A stretch of 64,000 nucleotides of DNA from Dimorphilus gyrociliatus (GCA_904063045.1 CAJFCJ010000001.1:2852001-2916000); one strand, 5' to 3'. Numbered from the stretch's first letter, positions 49,883-64,000 are shown. Translations and numbers: made by a program. Notes: generated by a model not told the origin, from the letters alone.

Positions 49883-50494
49883 ATGTGGTATGAAATAATC
49901 CCAGCAGCCACTCTAGTTGTTGGTCTCTTAACTGTACCCCATTATGTAGCCGGTGCGGCCAACTGGCTATTCCACAATCGTCATGTAAGTAAGATATTCA
50001 CTTGTGTTAAATGACATTCGACAGACATTGTTTTTAGTTGAGAGCAAGAGACTGGGAACAACATCCAGATTACTTTCACTGGTATCTTCGTGATAGAAGA
50101 CTAACTGGTAGTGAATATAAACCCACTGTGAGTATGATCGGACAAATACCCTATAATTTTAACATGTTATTTCTTCGAAGAACATGGACATAGTAGTTTT
50201 TTTTACTAAATCTATAAAGAAAAATAGTTTTAAAAGTAGTTTCCTTTTCATAAAAGTAAAGAATACTATTATCTAGGATTAATTAAGAAAATGAGCTTGT
50301 GTTACTTTGATTTATTAGCAGATTTATTAAGAGAAAAAAAAGAACAATGATATAGAAATTTGTGCTTTTCATGAGAAATAAACTAGTTTTCTTTTAATAT
50401 TACTATTTATGCTGATAAAATTTTTCTCTACGTATTCTTTTCTTTTTAAAAGGGCCTGGAAGGACTACCAACGTTAAGTGGGAAAGCCGAATAA
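49883..50494 (+). CDS. NDUFA1: NADH:ubiquinone oxidoreductase subunit A1 (MWFE)
   Basis: Three exons: MWYEIIPAATLVVGLLTVPHYVAGAANWLFHNRH | LRARDWEQHPDYFHWYLRDRRLTGSEYKPT | GLEGLPTLSGKAE*; absent from the ORF track. Confidence 0.92.
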
Positions 50495-51490
50495 TGAAGT
50501 CATTAAGAACTGATTCATTAAACTTGTAAGAAATGACATTAAGTTTTCGAACTTTAGTATAAATAAATACAACAATACACATATGCATTATCTATATAAA
50601 AGGCAATGTATATGACAGCTAAAAGAAAATATATTTGTGAAAGACTAGTAGATTTTTCTTTTACTTATTCTATGATGAGTAATAAAGAAAGATGAAATAG
50701 TTAAAAGCTTAAAATCACTCTCTAAGCCACTGTTTAGTTGTTTATTTTCATATTAACGTACTGTTTTCTAGTTCTCCTTCTATTCTTCATTTTTCTTTAC
50801 GATTATCCTCGACACGTTCTATTTACTTTAAAACATAAAGAAGTATTAAAAAGTTTTATAGAGCTAGTTGTGAATCAATAACTAAATATCTATAATTATA
50901 AATATAAATTGTAAAACTATATTTTTCTTTTACTTATTCATGCAAAAGTAAAATAGAGTTTTCAAGACTACTCATCGAGAATTGCTAATTATTAATATGT
51001 ACGTGTCTACTTTATCAGATTTTCTTAATGCCATACTTTGCACGTGTTACGTAAAATCGAACTACGAACAATTACTAATATATACTCTTGCCATCTCTTC
51101 TGTCTATCTCCCTATCTATAATGGGAAAATGAACATTATTATTTTCATTACTCCTTATGAAATATTCAAAGGAAGAAAAGTTGATATGTCTTTTCTTTTT
51201 AGGTGCTATTCTCTATATAAGATAGATAAATTAAATATTTTATAGCTACTATCTGTTTTAATACATGATTTGAGTTAATGGTATAGTTGATATCTAATTG
51301 TTCTCAGCTAATTAAGTATCGAGTTGTGGCAATTATTAGGCCTAAAAAAATAAAAATGTTATAAACTGAGTGATGATTGGGTGTAATTTAACCGGAAATA
51401 GAATTTTTACGAATATGGCGTTGACACTAGGTAGCGCTTCCAAATAAAGTCTCATGACATATTTCGGATAAGTATAAGTGAGACAGGAGT

Positions 51491-54400
51491 ATGACGGACG
51501 ACAAAGCCGACGTCCTGAGTTTAACGGATGATGAGGAAAATGAGTTAGAAGATGAACTACCTATAAAGCAAGGAGTGTTAAGTAAATGGACAAACTATAT
51601 CCACGGTTGGCAAGATAGGTTTATAGTGTTAAAATCGGGTACTTTGAGTTATTATAAATCGGAACATGAAACGAAATACGGATGCAGAGGTGCTGTCAGT
51701 CTAGCCAAAGCTATAATAACGGTATTTTCTAACTTTGTAGTATTACCTTCAAAAAAACCGGTGAGTGAGCAGGTGTTCTTTTTTTGTATAGCACCTGGCA
51801 AAATCTTTAAATGAAGTAAAACCAAAAAATTTAAAGCACAATTGAGCATCTTAACATATAAAATCTGATATAATTATTAATTAATATTGAATTCAAGTTA
51901 TTAAAAGTTGAAATGAAGAGGTAATAGTGAAAAAAAATTAACGATAAAACTTTTATAAGTAATATTCCAATATAAAATATCAATATTAGAGAGAGAATAT
52001 AACAAAAAAAAAGAAAAATCTCTAATTTTATTATAGATTTATATATAAAAGATTATTTTTCCTTTTCAAAACAAAAACAAAATATTGATTAATATTTTAA
52101 AACGGGGATTAACTATGTACTCTCTATAATAGATTTTTAATATTACTATAAAAACATTAGAAAAGTACAAGAAAACATTCAATTCGTTTTAAAATTATAA
52201 ATACTAATGTAAATGTAAATATATAAATATATATATATATATAAAGAGTATTCAAATGTATTTCTGCTCATTTAACCGGTTTTTATTTTTACTTATTTTT
52301 AAGTAAATAGTTGTTTTTATCTGATTTCTACTAAAAACATATACACAGTATACACGAATATTAATATTCATTATATTTTTTTTTCATTCTCTACTAGCCT
52401 CACGAATACGATGAATGTCGAGTTGATGTTTCTGTGAATGATTCTGTTTGGTACTTAAGAGCAGAGAATAACTTGGTTAGAAATGAATGGATTGAAGATA
52501 TGGTTGCGCATAAAAAGGAAATTAACGACGCTGATGGAAGCTTAAGAAGGCATGGATCAGTTTTATCTTTAACTTCCGGTACCTCAATGTCCAATGCATC
52601 TACATCGTCGTTTAAGGTTTGTATTAGAAAAATAACTTTTTTCAAAGTCAAATTCAACCAACTATTTAAGGTCAATCGAATGATTTATATCTTTCCGTAT
52701 GTAAATGATAAGGAGATAGCATAAAGTAATATATAATATTAGCTATGAATTATGTAGGTGAATAAATTCTTTTGCAATGCTCATAAGCTCATTTCTATTA
52801 ATGAATCTCTCCAATTTATGGTCCAAATATTATATTAAAGTTATTTTTTTTATATATAAAAAAATGAAAGGAAAAAGACAACTCATTTCCGGAAATTAGC
52901 TTAAATAATATAATTAATTTGTAAATTAATTACGAAAAAGAATAGTTTATAATTAAAATAATTTTATATTAATAAATGAATTTCTAGTAACAATATACTA
53001 ATATATATAAATTTAACGTATAGTATATTGTATATTCTTGATAAAGTATACGCTTTACGGAAGTGATTTTTCCAGAATTTTTCTCTTACGTAAAGAAGAC
53101 GGTTTAAAAACTTCTTTAACGATTTTTTCCCCCTGTTCTCTAAAACAATAATAATAATAATAATCAATAATGGAATGAGTAAAAAAAGAAAAAAATCATA
53201 TAATAATTATATTTGCAGTATTAACTCAATACTGATCGTAGTTGGCCTGGTTTACGTTAGTTTGTTAATGTAATAGCGTAGTTTATTAAAACTTTCTTCT
53301 GTTAGTATAATTCTATGCCTTTCGATGTATGAAAGAGAGAATGAATGAATGAATGACATAAATGACTGAATGAGGAAAAGAAAGAAAAGGAGTAATACTA
53401 TGTAATCAGTTTTAAAGTATGCGTGCGCGGTAAAATGTAAAAATCATTCATGTATAAATCAGGTTTTTGTACTTATTTTCAATGAAACTTGAGAAATATT
53501 AAATAAGATTTCTATTTTTTTTTGTTGATGATAAAAGACACACCTGAATCGATAAGAGAATAATTCCTAGTTTTTATTTTGTCATGACTAATATTAACTA
53601 TGATTCATTCTAATCTCTTATCGATCATTATCAAAGGTACTGATGAATTCCGATGTATCTTTATAAAACTAGAACAATCGTTATATATTTATATTTTTTT
53701 TTAGATACAAAATATCTCCTTTTAATAAAAATAGCCTATCTATTATTGTAATATTGATATTTTGAATTAAATAATTAATTTTCAATTTTTTTATTACTTT
53801 TAAAGAGGGGAAGAGGATTAAGAGAGAGATTATTAGAAATTGAAACGTTTAGGGATATACTCTGTCGTCAAGTTGAAGGGTTGCAAAACTATTTCGATGC
53901 TTGCGCTTCGGCAGTTCAACACGGTGTAATAGAAGACCGTAAGTGACTACTTTTTTTAGTATTAATCTGTTTTCTCCATCTTTCTTACCTTTAATTTAAC
54001 TTATATAGTGGAAGATATTGGCGATCCTGATGAAAATCCACAGAATAATGTTGTTAACGGCTATTCTAGTGAAACAACGTCACCTTTTATGCCATTTTCC
54101 GTTTCTAAAAGCTCAAAAGATATAGCCAGCATCCTTCGGCAGCATGGAGCTCACGCTATTGATTTTAAGGGTGAATCCAATACTTTCAAGGCAACCACGG
54201 CCGGTATTATGTCTACTTTGTCTCATTGTATTGAAATAATGAATCAAAGAGAAGAAGCGTGGAGGAAGAGATTAGATAAGGAAATGGAAAAGAGAAAAAA
54301 ATATCAAGAAGCCTATAAGCAGGAATTATTGAGGGAACAGCAAGTTCCAAAGACCGGTCTCTTTTCTAGCCCAGATTACGAGGAAGGTCCTCACTCTAAG

Positions 54401-55774
54401 TTGAAGGAGGAGGAGTTTTACGATGCTGTGGAAGCTGCTCTAGACACATTAGACAGAGACGAAGAGGTGAGAAAACAAAGGATTGCCATAGTTCCAAGCG
54501 AGGAAAAACCTCTCTGCTCTTTACCTGTAACTCACGAACTATATCCGGAAATTAAGAGAGTTGTTGATGAACATATTCGACATGCTGATCTCAAAGGATC
54601 TGAATTAACTTCCGATTGGCAATTAATTGCCGAAGAGGGAGAAATGAAAGTGTATAAAAGAGAATTAGAAGAGAACGGTGTGGTTGTTGACCCAATTCGA
54701 GCAGTTCATACTGTTTCGGGGGTTACAGGCCATGAGATGTGCCATGTCTTTTGGGATCCCTCCGTTCGAATGGAATGGGAAACAACATTGGAAGATTCTA
54801 AGGTTGTCGAATGGTTAAGCAAAGATACTCTAATCTCATTTCAACTTCATAAACGAATGTGGCCATCATCGCAACGTGATTCATTATTTTGGACAACAAT
54901 ACAACATTATCATGATACTGAAAACGACGATGGGCCAGAATATTGGGTAGTAGTTAACAAAACAACTGAACACGTAGAAGATCCAGTAAGTTTCTATTTT
55001 ATTTTATTACAATTCTTTTTCCTTTATTACTTCATTTTCGTTATCAAAGATGATCAAGCAAAGATAGGAAAGAAATTAGTTTTTACATTCTTAACAGTAT
55101 TATTCAGATAATGCAATAGCCAATAAAACTATGTCATACATTGGCATCTCGAATAATCTTTGACAATACCAAAAAAGTCTACATTCCATTTAAAAATAGG
55201 TTGACAAATTAGAGATAGACCATTTTGTTATTTATATAGTTTATACTTAGAGAAAAAAAGGGGCGTATAAGTACTTGAAACAATTGTAAAAATGAAAAGA
55301 AGAGTAAAAAATAAACCATAGAGAAATCAATTAATATATAAATATATGAATAACCTATCAGGCAGGGTACTTGCAGGCTTTTAAAGCAAACACCTTTTCT
55401 ATCTCCATTTCATGTACAGTTTTTTAAAATCTTAGTACTAGTATATACAGTATATATATATATCGTATCATCTCTTAATAGTTTCCGAAAGATTAAGAAA
55501 TGACTTTATAGACTGATAGTTTTCTGTTGTAAACCTAAATATAGAAGATAATATGTACATATATACTGTATATATATAGATTTTTTTCAAATGTTTTTAC
55601 AAGATCTTTTCTTTTTGTAGAAAAATTCTAAATGGATAAGAATACGCTTTAACGTATCACTTATCTGCGAAACTGTTGTAAAGCCACCAGTAGATGGTAA
55701 ACAATTAACAAGGGATAATGTTTCTTGTAAAGTACAATATGCTGCTAATAGTGAGTATTTTCGTATCAATTATA

Positions 55775-55815
<41 letters not shown>

Positions 55816-56049
55816 CATGTAGTATGCTTTAATGTTTAATTAACTAGTTTTTATATAAGTAAACTCAAATATTGTATCTTTTTTTTCTGTATTCAATACT
55901 TTTCTTTTCTCTCTATAACAGTAAATCCAGGTGGTTGGGCTCCGGCATCTGTTGTTCGGGCTTTGTCAAAGAGAGAAATTCCGAAATTTTTAAGGACATT
56001 TACGAAATACGTACAGGAAAAGACTAAGAACGAACCAATTATGCTTTGA
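51491..56049 (+). CDS. CERT1: Ceramide transfer protein (PH - serine repeat - FFAT - START)
   Basis: [48 protein letters not shown] domain ([18 protein letters not shown]; [11 protein letters not shown]), end [23 protein letters not shown]...EPIML*. Confidence 0.97.
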
Positions 56050-56129
56050 AAAAGTATAAAAAAAAGGAATACTTTTGTAAAAAAAAAGGAAAAGAAACAA
56101 AAATTGAAAACAATTATATAAATATATAA

Positions 56130-56165
<36 letters not shown>

Positions 56166-57978
56166 TATTTATATAGGTATATTTTTTCAAAATAATACTC
56201 CAAAATAACTATTTTTTGTGTGTCAATGCAATGCATAAAACTTTGTAAATTAAAAAGGAGAGAAATAAGAGAATAAAACAGAAAAAAAACAAAAAAAACA
56301 CAAACTAACAAGAGGATGGATAAATAGTCATATTCCTTGTTTATATTGTCAACGTTCATTTACCCTATTTTTTTGTACACTTGAACAAAAGAGTGTTTTT
56401 CTTTTTTTCGCGTTCATTATTTACTTTATACCAAAAATTTCTCATAAGAAGAAGAGATTACATTTTGATTGACTTTTCCGTTTTTCTTCATCTCTCTCGC
56501 TTGCTAAGAGTTTCCAACGGAAAAAGGAAATAAGAATATAGAATGAAATACAAGAAAGAGAGGAAAGAAACAGAAATTAAAATAATGCGAGAATTAGTAA
56601 TGTTTTGTTCATTTTACTTGAACAACAAGCAAATATAGTTTTGCTAGTTGTTGTTTCATTGTAACTGAAAATATGTTTTCCTTTAAAGAATGAAAAAATT
56701 GAAATAATTGTGCTTTTTCTAAAAATAAAAAAAATACTTTGACTTTAACTTTCTAAAACATAAAGACAATCTTTCATTTTATGCCATTGGCAGAACTCTC
56801 CTTTTAACCTACTTATAAAAATTTACTTAGGAAAACGAGAGGGAAGGAGAAGTTCTTGGAAACGTTTAGCATACGCAATATATACAGTATATACAATACG
56901 GATAAAACATGAATTATGTAGGGTAAAGACGAGGACCAGGATTACTAATAACTGTTTTATAAGCAGAGAATGGAATTTATGAGCTATTATTCCTTTGTGA
57001 CATTTCGACGGAATTTGTATTTTTTGGAGGAGGATGAGAGAAAAGGAGGATAATGGTAGAAGAATAATTCAATAAATTCGATACACACGATAGTCTTAAA
57101 ATCTTTTTGAATGAGAATCGATCAATGATATAGGCGTGTTGATATTCTAACTCGGAAATGAATCTGTTTAATGTGAGAAAAAATAAGGGAAGGGGAGAAT
57201 GATAGAGATGTTAATACTTAATAAATATTCATTTAAGCTTTTATATGACAGAATAAAAGAACGTTTTAACAATTTAGAATGTGTCATAGTTTATTTATAT
57301 ATATGAATTGAAGTATTTTTGTAAATATTCATAATTATATACTTTCTATTCTAAACTATTCCTCTCTAAAAGAGAGATGCTGTTAACTATCCCACGAGTA
57401 TTAAATGAATAAATTATCAATAATTATTAGTTAACTAGCAACATAAAGATGGCAATTAGAACGACAATATTGTTCATACAGTAAATAACAAGAATACTAA
57501 TAGATACAAAATATCCTATTGTTTAGACCTTAGACTTTTAGATAGACATTAATATCTTTTCATTCAAGAAAATTAATCACGATATCTTTAACACTTTGAT
57601 GATTTTTTTTCTTTATGGTACAGTTTAAATCAATCAAAACCAATACAATTAAAGATTAGTTTTACAAGAGCATTTCCACGAAACTAATCTATAGAACTTA
57701 CATATGCAAGCCGTATACTAACAAATGTGTTATTTAATATTCTTTTTTGTGTTACTACATCTCTTTTCAATTAAGAATGATAACTATATCTATTAGGAAA
57801 ATTTTAGAATTCTTTGTTAAAGAAATGTTATGCACACAATGAAAGAAATTTCAAAATATATATTTTTATAGAGCTTTTCAATATCAAACGGAAACGGATA
57901 TAGAATGCAGACGCCCTCTATCGCCTATGAAGATTAAGCAGCTGTCGTAGATGTTATGAAGAAAATCGGCTTGAAAAG

Positions 57979-60900
57979 ATGAATAAAATTAGTATGACAT
58001 GCTTAATCACTGTCTCCATCTTCCTATTGATCAATTTATCTCATTCTTATACTGAATTTTCACCCGGATATATAAGCAAACGTGGAAAAAGATCATCAAT
58101 CGAACCCACCTGTCCCTCTAAAATAGAAGAACGAAAAATCATACAAACTACAAAGTCTATCAAAAATGGAGCACTATTTATACCTCTAAAAGTAAAAATA
58201 AAATCACAATCAGATTGCTTAAGAGAATGCTGCCAAAGGCCAAACTGTTCCTTGGCTGTTTTCAGAGTCCAGGTTGGTTTATTTATAATATCGTATATAT
58301 CTTTCGCTCATACTTTAACAACAGTATCATTTAAAGAGTTTTGTCAATAATTTCCATTATATATTAAAGTTTTCATACTTCCTTGAAGGGTTCTCCATCT
58401 TGCTATCTATTCAATTGCGGAAAACCTGATAAATGTAAATTGGCGGACAATGCTAAATTTTCTGTTATAAGAAGAGTAAATATAGTCGATCACGAATCTG
58501 AATTGGAGGGTTTGGCGCAAAAAACAAAAAGTATACCAACTACGACAACTACAACTACTTCACAACCAACAACAACTACGAGAAAACAATTGGTTGGTTT
58601 ATACGGAAATTGTAATACCGACAAGGATTGCGCCACTCCGAGCACAATATGTTTAAGCGGATATTGTCAATGTCGACAAAACTATCATCCGAAGGAAGGA
58701 TATTGTCGTTAGTATTGGAAAGGAGAAAGATTTTTATTATTATTTGTATTACTACCATATTTTAACCGCAGGTCAAACTTGCAATCGATATCAATTTGAA
58801 TGTAGAAATGCTGGTCAACCATTAATGACACCTCAATGCGTAGCAACATATAATGTATGTGATGGGATAGCTCATTGTAAAGATGGCTCTGACGAAGAAA
58901 ACTGTCGTCCAACGACTTCTTCAAGTAAGCGAAAATCATTTTTTTTTAATATAAAATGCTAAAGTCTCTTTATAGTTTTTATCTTTTGTATTAAATTGTA
59001 TAGTTGATATTTAAAGGTTACTTATTATATATTGTAATATAAAATATTTTTACTTCCATCAGTCGATGATTTACTAAAGTTTTTTGAACAAGTAATAAAA
59101 CACAGTAAGTTAAATGATAGAGTATAAGAAACTAGCAGCATAAAACCTAATAATAATACGAAAACTTTAACTAATTGCTTTTCTCTGACTGTCCCTCTTT
59201 CTATATAGAAATTATATAAGTATATATGTATAAATAGACACAATACATGTAATATTTCTATTCGTAGAAAGAGAGACTGAAATACCAGCTTTACTTTACG
59301 CCTCTATAATATAAATGGCTTAACTAACTAAAATAATAGCCTAGCCAAGCTTTTAGGTGTATCTTTTTTGTCGATACTGCCATATTAATTATATATATAT
59401 ATATATGTTTATCTTATACTGTATGTTTCTCTATATTCATTTTTAAGCAAAGATCAAAGCTATAATTTTATTTGTTTTTTTTCTTGTTATTTTATATAAA
59501 GTAATTTAAAAAAAGCACAATGTTACAAACAAAAATTGGAAACGGTTGAATGATTCGTTAACAGCTACCCATCAACCAGAACAAATACCATTTTTACGCC
59601 CAGTTAATCCGAATGCGCAATTGCCTCATGGACGAAAGGTTTACAGACCAATTGTTATGAAAACTGAAAAACCGCCTACTTATCCTCCATCCATTCAATC
59701 TCCTCAACTTATCACACAACCGCCAACAGAGAAAAAAATAAACAACGTTCAAAAACAGCAAGAGAATGTTGATATACCTAATCAGGAAGAAAATGATCAA
59801 GTTAATACTAATAACCAAAATGAAGACAACTTATCTAAAATAGCTGAAAATGAGAATAATAGGGATAGGGGAAGAGAAAATCAAAACAAAATATATCAAC
59901 AAAAAGCTCCAGAACGTAAACCACAACCCACCTTTGTTCAACAAAAGTTCCCTACAAATTCGAATAATGATAACCTAGATGCTTTCCCAGGGAGATCTCG
60001 CCAACAATTTAATAATAATCGTCGATACGATCCTCGTTACTGGGCATATATATATCAAAATCCGCGCAGACCTATCCAGAATTATTACGACGCAGTGGAT
60101 TATGATATAGATTATTCAGGTTGGTCCAAAAATATTATATAGATCAACCGAAAAGAAAATAATATCCAAAAAAGTACAGCTTTTATTATTGCTATAATGA
60201 CAATTTTTTTATTCTAATAATCGAAAAGACCAACAAAATCCGGCAAAAGGATCTCAAGTAAACGGTTATCGTCGACCAATGTGGCCCGGTAGAATATTTA
60301 TATGAAAGCATTTGCATTTATGTGATTTCCTTCCCTTCATCACTCAAAAATTTCCATATTTTACTTGTTTCACCTATATATCACATAGCATGTTTCCCTC
60401 TTTTATGTTTTTTTTTTAATAACACCTACAGTATACAGTATACATTATACATCTTATTGTATATGTATGTAGTTTTCGCGTCCTTTTCGTAATGCATATT
60501 TGTTTATCTTTCTCGACCCGTTTCTCTAGTATGCTTTAGTTGTTTGTTTTTTTTTTCTTTCTTTGCTTAATATTGCTAATTATAACATAACTAAAATAGC
60601 AAAGTATACTATATAGAAAGAAAAAAAACAAACTAATTATATCAGAATATTCCTCTTTTTTTTATTAGTAGTATGTTTTTTTTCTATGAAATTGATGTTG
60701 TTTTAACAGACTAATTAATTGGTTTATTTTTACTAAATTAAAACAAAAGTAGTACATAATTTCTATTTCAACAGGAAAAATGAAACAAAGTCAAACTATA
60801 AAAAAACCTGATGGTAAAATATTCTTTTAACATTTTCCTATTCTATTTATTGTTTATTTATTTAAAAAATTAATTTATAGGTCATGAAGCCTCAATGACA

Positions 60901-61386
60901 AGACCAAAATCTCATGGTAGTGACAATACTGATGACAATGAGCAGAGTAAACCCAGTACAACAAAAATACCTGTTGAAATTAAACAAACAAAGGGTAAAT
61001 TGTCGTTTATTATTTCTTATATTTTATATATAAATGCAATATGTGTGCAGTAAATATATATATTAATATTGTTATTATTTTTTATAGCAAAAACTGAGGC
61101 TTTTAAATCAACTACAAAGAGTCTAATTGAAGCGAAATCACTTGTAGACGTTACGACTAGAGCAGTTAAAAATGTTTCCAAAGTACGGATAGAAAATGAT
61201 CATCAGAGCCAAAGTGTTAAAGGAGCAGTTATAGCTCTATGCCTGGGCCTAATTATTACTTCGATTCTTCTATTTTTCATTGCTTTTAAATTAAGGAGAT
61301 CAGTTAGAAGATATAGAAAAGCTAGGCACTTGAACGGGGGTGGAGCTGTCGACGCTGATTATTTGGTTAATGGAATGTACTTATAG
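57979..61386 (+). CDS. LRP11: LRP11-like MANSC/LDLa type I membrane protein
   Basis: Signal peptide, MANSC domain (CLRECCQRPNCSLAVF..CYLFNC), Cys-rich module, LDLa (CDGIAHCKDGSDEENC), low-complexity stalk, TM, family-typical tail DADYLVNGMYL*. Confidence 0.8.
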
Positions 61387-62846
61387 CATGTACTTGTAAT
61401 TGAAAATCAATTGAAGTTATAAGAAAGAGAATTTTTCATAATTATCAAAAATGGGTTGGATAAATAAAATTGGGGAACATAGAAAAATGGGAATAATGAA
61501 TCAATTCACCGAACTAACAAAGGCAAAAGAAAAAAAAATCAAAAGAAAAAAAATAGTATAATCCTAATTTCTTTCTTATTTTTTTACATTTTTTCAATGC
61601 TTAAGTTTCTATTTTAACTAATTTCAAAATGTTTATTTGTCAACAACACCTACATATTATTATGTAAATAGTTGTTGTGTATATATACTAACGTATACAA
61701 CTTTTACGTTGATAAGCTATTTTTGTAGAGAGAAAGACATCTTTCTTTTTCGAATGGTATCTTTAACATTCTTCTATTTTTTTAAAATATTTTTAATATT
61801 TTGTTTTTTCGTTGTCGAAATCTTTTAAGAAAAGAAAATAAGAGAAAAAAAAAGCAAAATTGAAAGAAATATAAATGTATTTATATTACTTTTTAACATT
61901 CCAATTTTGTTGTCTGTGATAATTATTTCGTAATAGAATTTAAAACATTAAATCTAACAAGAAGACATGTTTATGCTTTATGCGTCTGTACTTAAATGTT
62001 AAACATATATATATATATAAGAATATATATATATATACGTTTACTATTGAATAACCTTGTCCTCTGCAAGGAAAAGAAAATTATCTTGTGTTATTTTTTC
62101 TTGCCTCCTTAAAAAATTAATTATATTCTACTGAAAAAAAACTTAATAAAGGATAATCAAAATATAAAATGTCATCGTTATAAAACCTTTATAGACCTTT
62201 TTAACGTTTAGATATATTGTATATAATATATTTAATTTCAGCTTTTTTTCATTACTATAATTATAGGGATAATGTACTTTATTAAACATAATCTTTCGTT
62301 TTATATATTGCTATTAAAAGTCTCTTTTTTTTAAATATATAGTATAGCCAAATCAAGCAACTTTAATAATATTGTGATTTAACCTAGTAACTATACTTTT
62401 CATATTCTTTTTCATTTAGAACTATTAAGTGATTTATATTTATTAATGTACATATTTTTGGGTACATTTTCGCTCCTTAACTGAAAAGAAAAGCAACGCT
62501 CTCCCGTATTTAAATTGCTAATATATCAATATAATTTAACATACATAATCAAATTTCTTTTTTATATACCTTGGTAGGGTAATATTGAATTAAATCTATT
62601 GTATAGAAAATACCTATCAACTTTTATAAATGACTGGTTTGCTTATTTGTTTTGATTCACTTGTTTGAATACCGTAAAATTAATAAAATGTAAAGATAAT
62701 TTGCCGTAAATAAAAAAGTACGAAAATAGCTCTTCTGCTGAAACCGGAAATACGTCATAGAGTTAATGTTTGGATTTTGTCGCTCAACGAATTTTATCGA
62801 AAAAACACCCATAAATCTGTCTATATGCTGTCTTTAATTATCTATA

Positions 62847-64000
62847 ATGAAGGGAAAATCCAAATCTAATAATTCTACTTCGGCAAATAATAACGATGGA
62901 GAAGAGGAAGAGTGTCCTTTGCAATTTCCAGATTTCAAGCCTGTCGATCATGCCCGAGTCTGTCCCAGGTTTGTGTGGTTGTAGGCCTACTAGACCAAAA
63001 CAATTGCTCAATCATACTATATTTCTCAGTATGTCATTGTAAAGATGTACATATTTAATCAAATCACTGTAAATATTAGTAATTATCCGGGATTGCAATA
63101 TTAGATATTGATATTCTATACTCTACATAAAAAGTGTTCTTTAAAAAGAATACTTTTACAATTCATTTAGTAACGGATTTTTTTTTTAGGTATACATCAG
63201 TCCTGACTAGACAACAGTCCGAAACGATCGGGCCTGAGGAATTGGATACTTTACAATCAGAATTAGAGACCCTGCTATCTTCCGCCGCTAAAAGGATGAA
63301 ATTGCTTGAAGAGGAAAAAACAACCCTTACTCTTTGGCAAGAAAAGGGTGAGATTAAACGGGCACCAAATAAATCAAAAGATTTAAAACGAATGGCTAGT
63401 CCTGTGTCCTCCGAACGGCCATCTAAAAAAGCAAAAGTTGAAAAGAAGAAGGCCGTAAAGTTAGAACTCGTAGAAGAACCAGACGCTGCGGCAACTATTC
63501 CTAAGATTCCCAGAAACGAAACTCCTTTAAAATTCTGGCGAACAGTTGATATGTATTGCAATGATTTTTCCGGAGAGCATCTAAAAACACTGGAAGATAT
63601 AATACGAAGTTTATCCGACCAATTAGATTATTACAAAGTTCCTGCTTTAGGTAAAGGGGAAAATTATAAAAAATCTTTTTCATTTAAATTTTACAATGAT
63701 TGTTATTGTTTTAATTAGGTAAGCATTACTCTGAAAAATGGGCCATAAAAGATTTAGAAAATGAAAAATCGAAAACTGACAAAGATAAGAAAAAACGCTT
63801 AGGAGAAGATTTTACTCCCCCCGAAGATAGGGAACCGGAAATTTTAATGAAAAATTTGCAGGCAAATGAAGAAGATGATCCGTTTCAACCTCTTACAAAG
63901 TATTTATTATTAGTTTAAAGCAAATTATCTCAATTGATTTTCATATTTTTTCTCAATCGCAGATTACTCGTACAGTCTCTCCTAGACGATCCGGAGGCAT
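62847..64000 (+). CDS. TADA3: Transcriptional adapter 3 (5' part, runs off window)
   Basis: ECPLQFPDFKPVDHARVCP|RYTSVL...EELDTLQSELETLLSSAAKR, PLKFWRTVDMYC, YYKVPALG|KHYSEKWA; ETS/CRE-like CCGGAAATACGTCA upstream. Confidence 0.95.

Noticed and set aside
50181-50390. Alternative long last exon for NDUFA1
   Set aside because: Low-complexity AT-rich open frame; the exon at 50453-50494 gives the expected GLExLP ending
56830-57170. Minus-strand exon-like open frames between CERT1 and the LRP11-like gene
   Set aside because: No start codon, no consistent splice chain and no recognisable motif; compatible with chance in UTR or intergenic DNA
62977-63051. H/ACA-like two-hairpin element in TADA3 intron 1 (AAAACA and ACA boxes)
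   Set aside because: Only about 75 nt, starts 8 nt from the donor, and lacks bipartite pseudouridylation pockets
1-64000. CRISPR arrays, tRNA/rRNA genes, transposase or reverse-transcriptase ORFs, U12-type introns
   Set aside because: None recognised by eye; the repeats seen are simple microsatellites or coding low-complexity tracts, and no GTATCCTT/ATATCCTT donor was found at an inferred junction

Overview
AT-rich, very gene-dense animal genomic DNA with mostly 50-90 nt GT-AG introns. The compaction and gene content suggest a miniaturised lophotrochozoan genome such as the annelid Dimorphilus gyrociliatus; this is inference, not verified. I reconstructed about 21 spliced protein-coding genes by hand, often in head-to-head pairs: CRIM1-like, ZDHHC12-like, DNAJC9, WDR43, ENT/SLC29, WRAP53, LRRC27, EEFSEC, a C-type-lectin/WSC/mucin receptor, IFT52, CMPK1, a tandem DUF1330 protein, ACP5, seipin, B3GAT, an ankyrin-GH20 protein, a multi-C2H2 zinc finger, a His/Arg-rich secreted orphan, NDUFA1, CERT1, an LRP11-like receptor and the start of TADA3. 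The strongest signal missed by the ORF track is at about 46.1-46.9 kb. It is a spliced, apparently non-coding host gene whose first two introns each carry a box C/D snoRNA complementary to U6 snRNA (predicted Am47, SNORD7-like; predicted Cm62, SNORD94-like). It is transcribed divergently from the zinc-finger gene off a CCAAT/NRF1/E-box promoter. Other highlights are a WSC domain inserted inside a C-type lectin domain, a GH20 pseudoenzyme fused to ankyrin repeats, an intron-containing tandem DUF1330 gene with an RFX X-box, and alternative terminal exons in LRRC27 and IFT52. No tRNA, rRNA, CRISPR array or intact transposon was recognised. All exon boundaries and homologies are manual readings without database searches.
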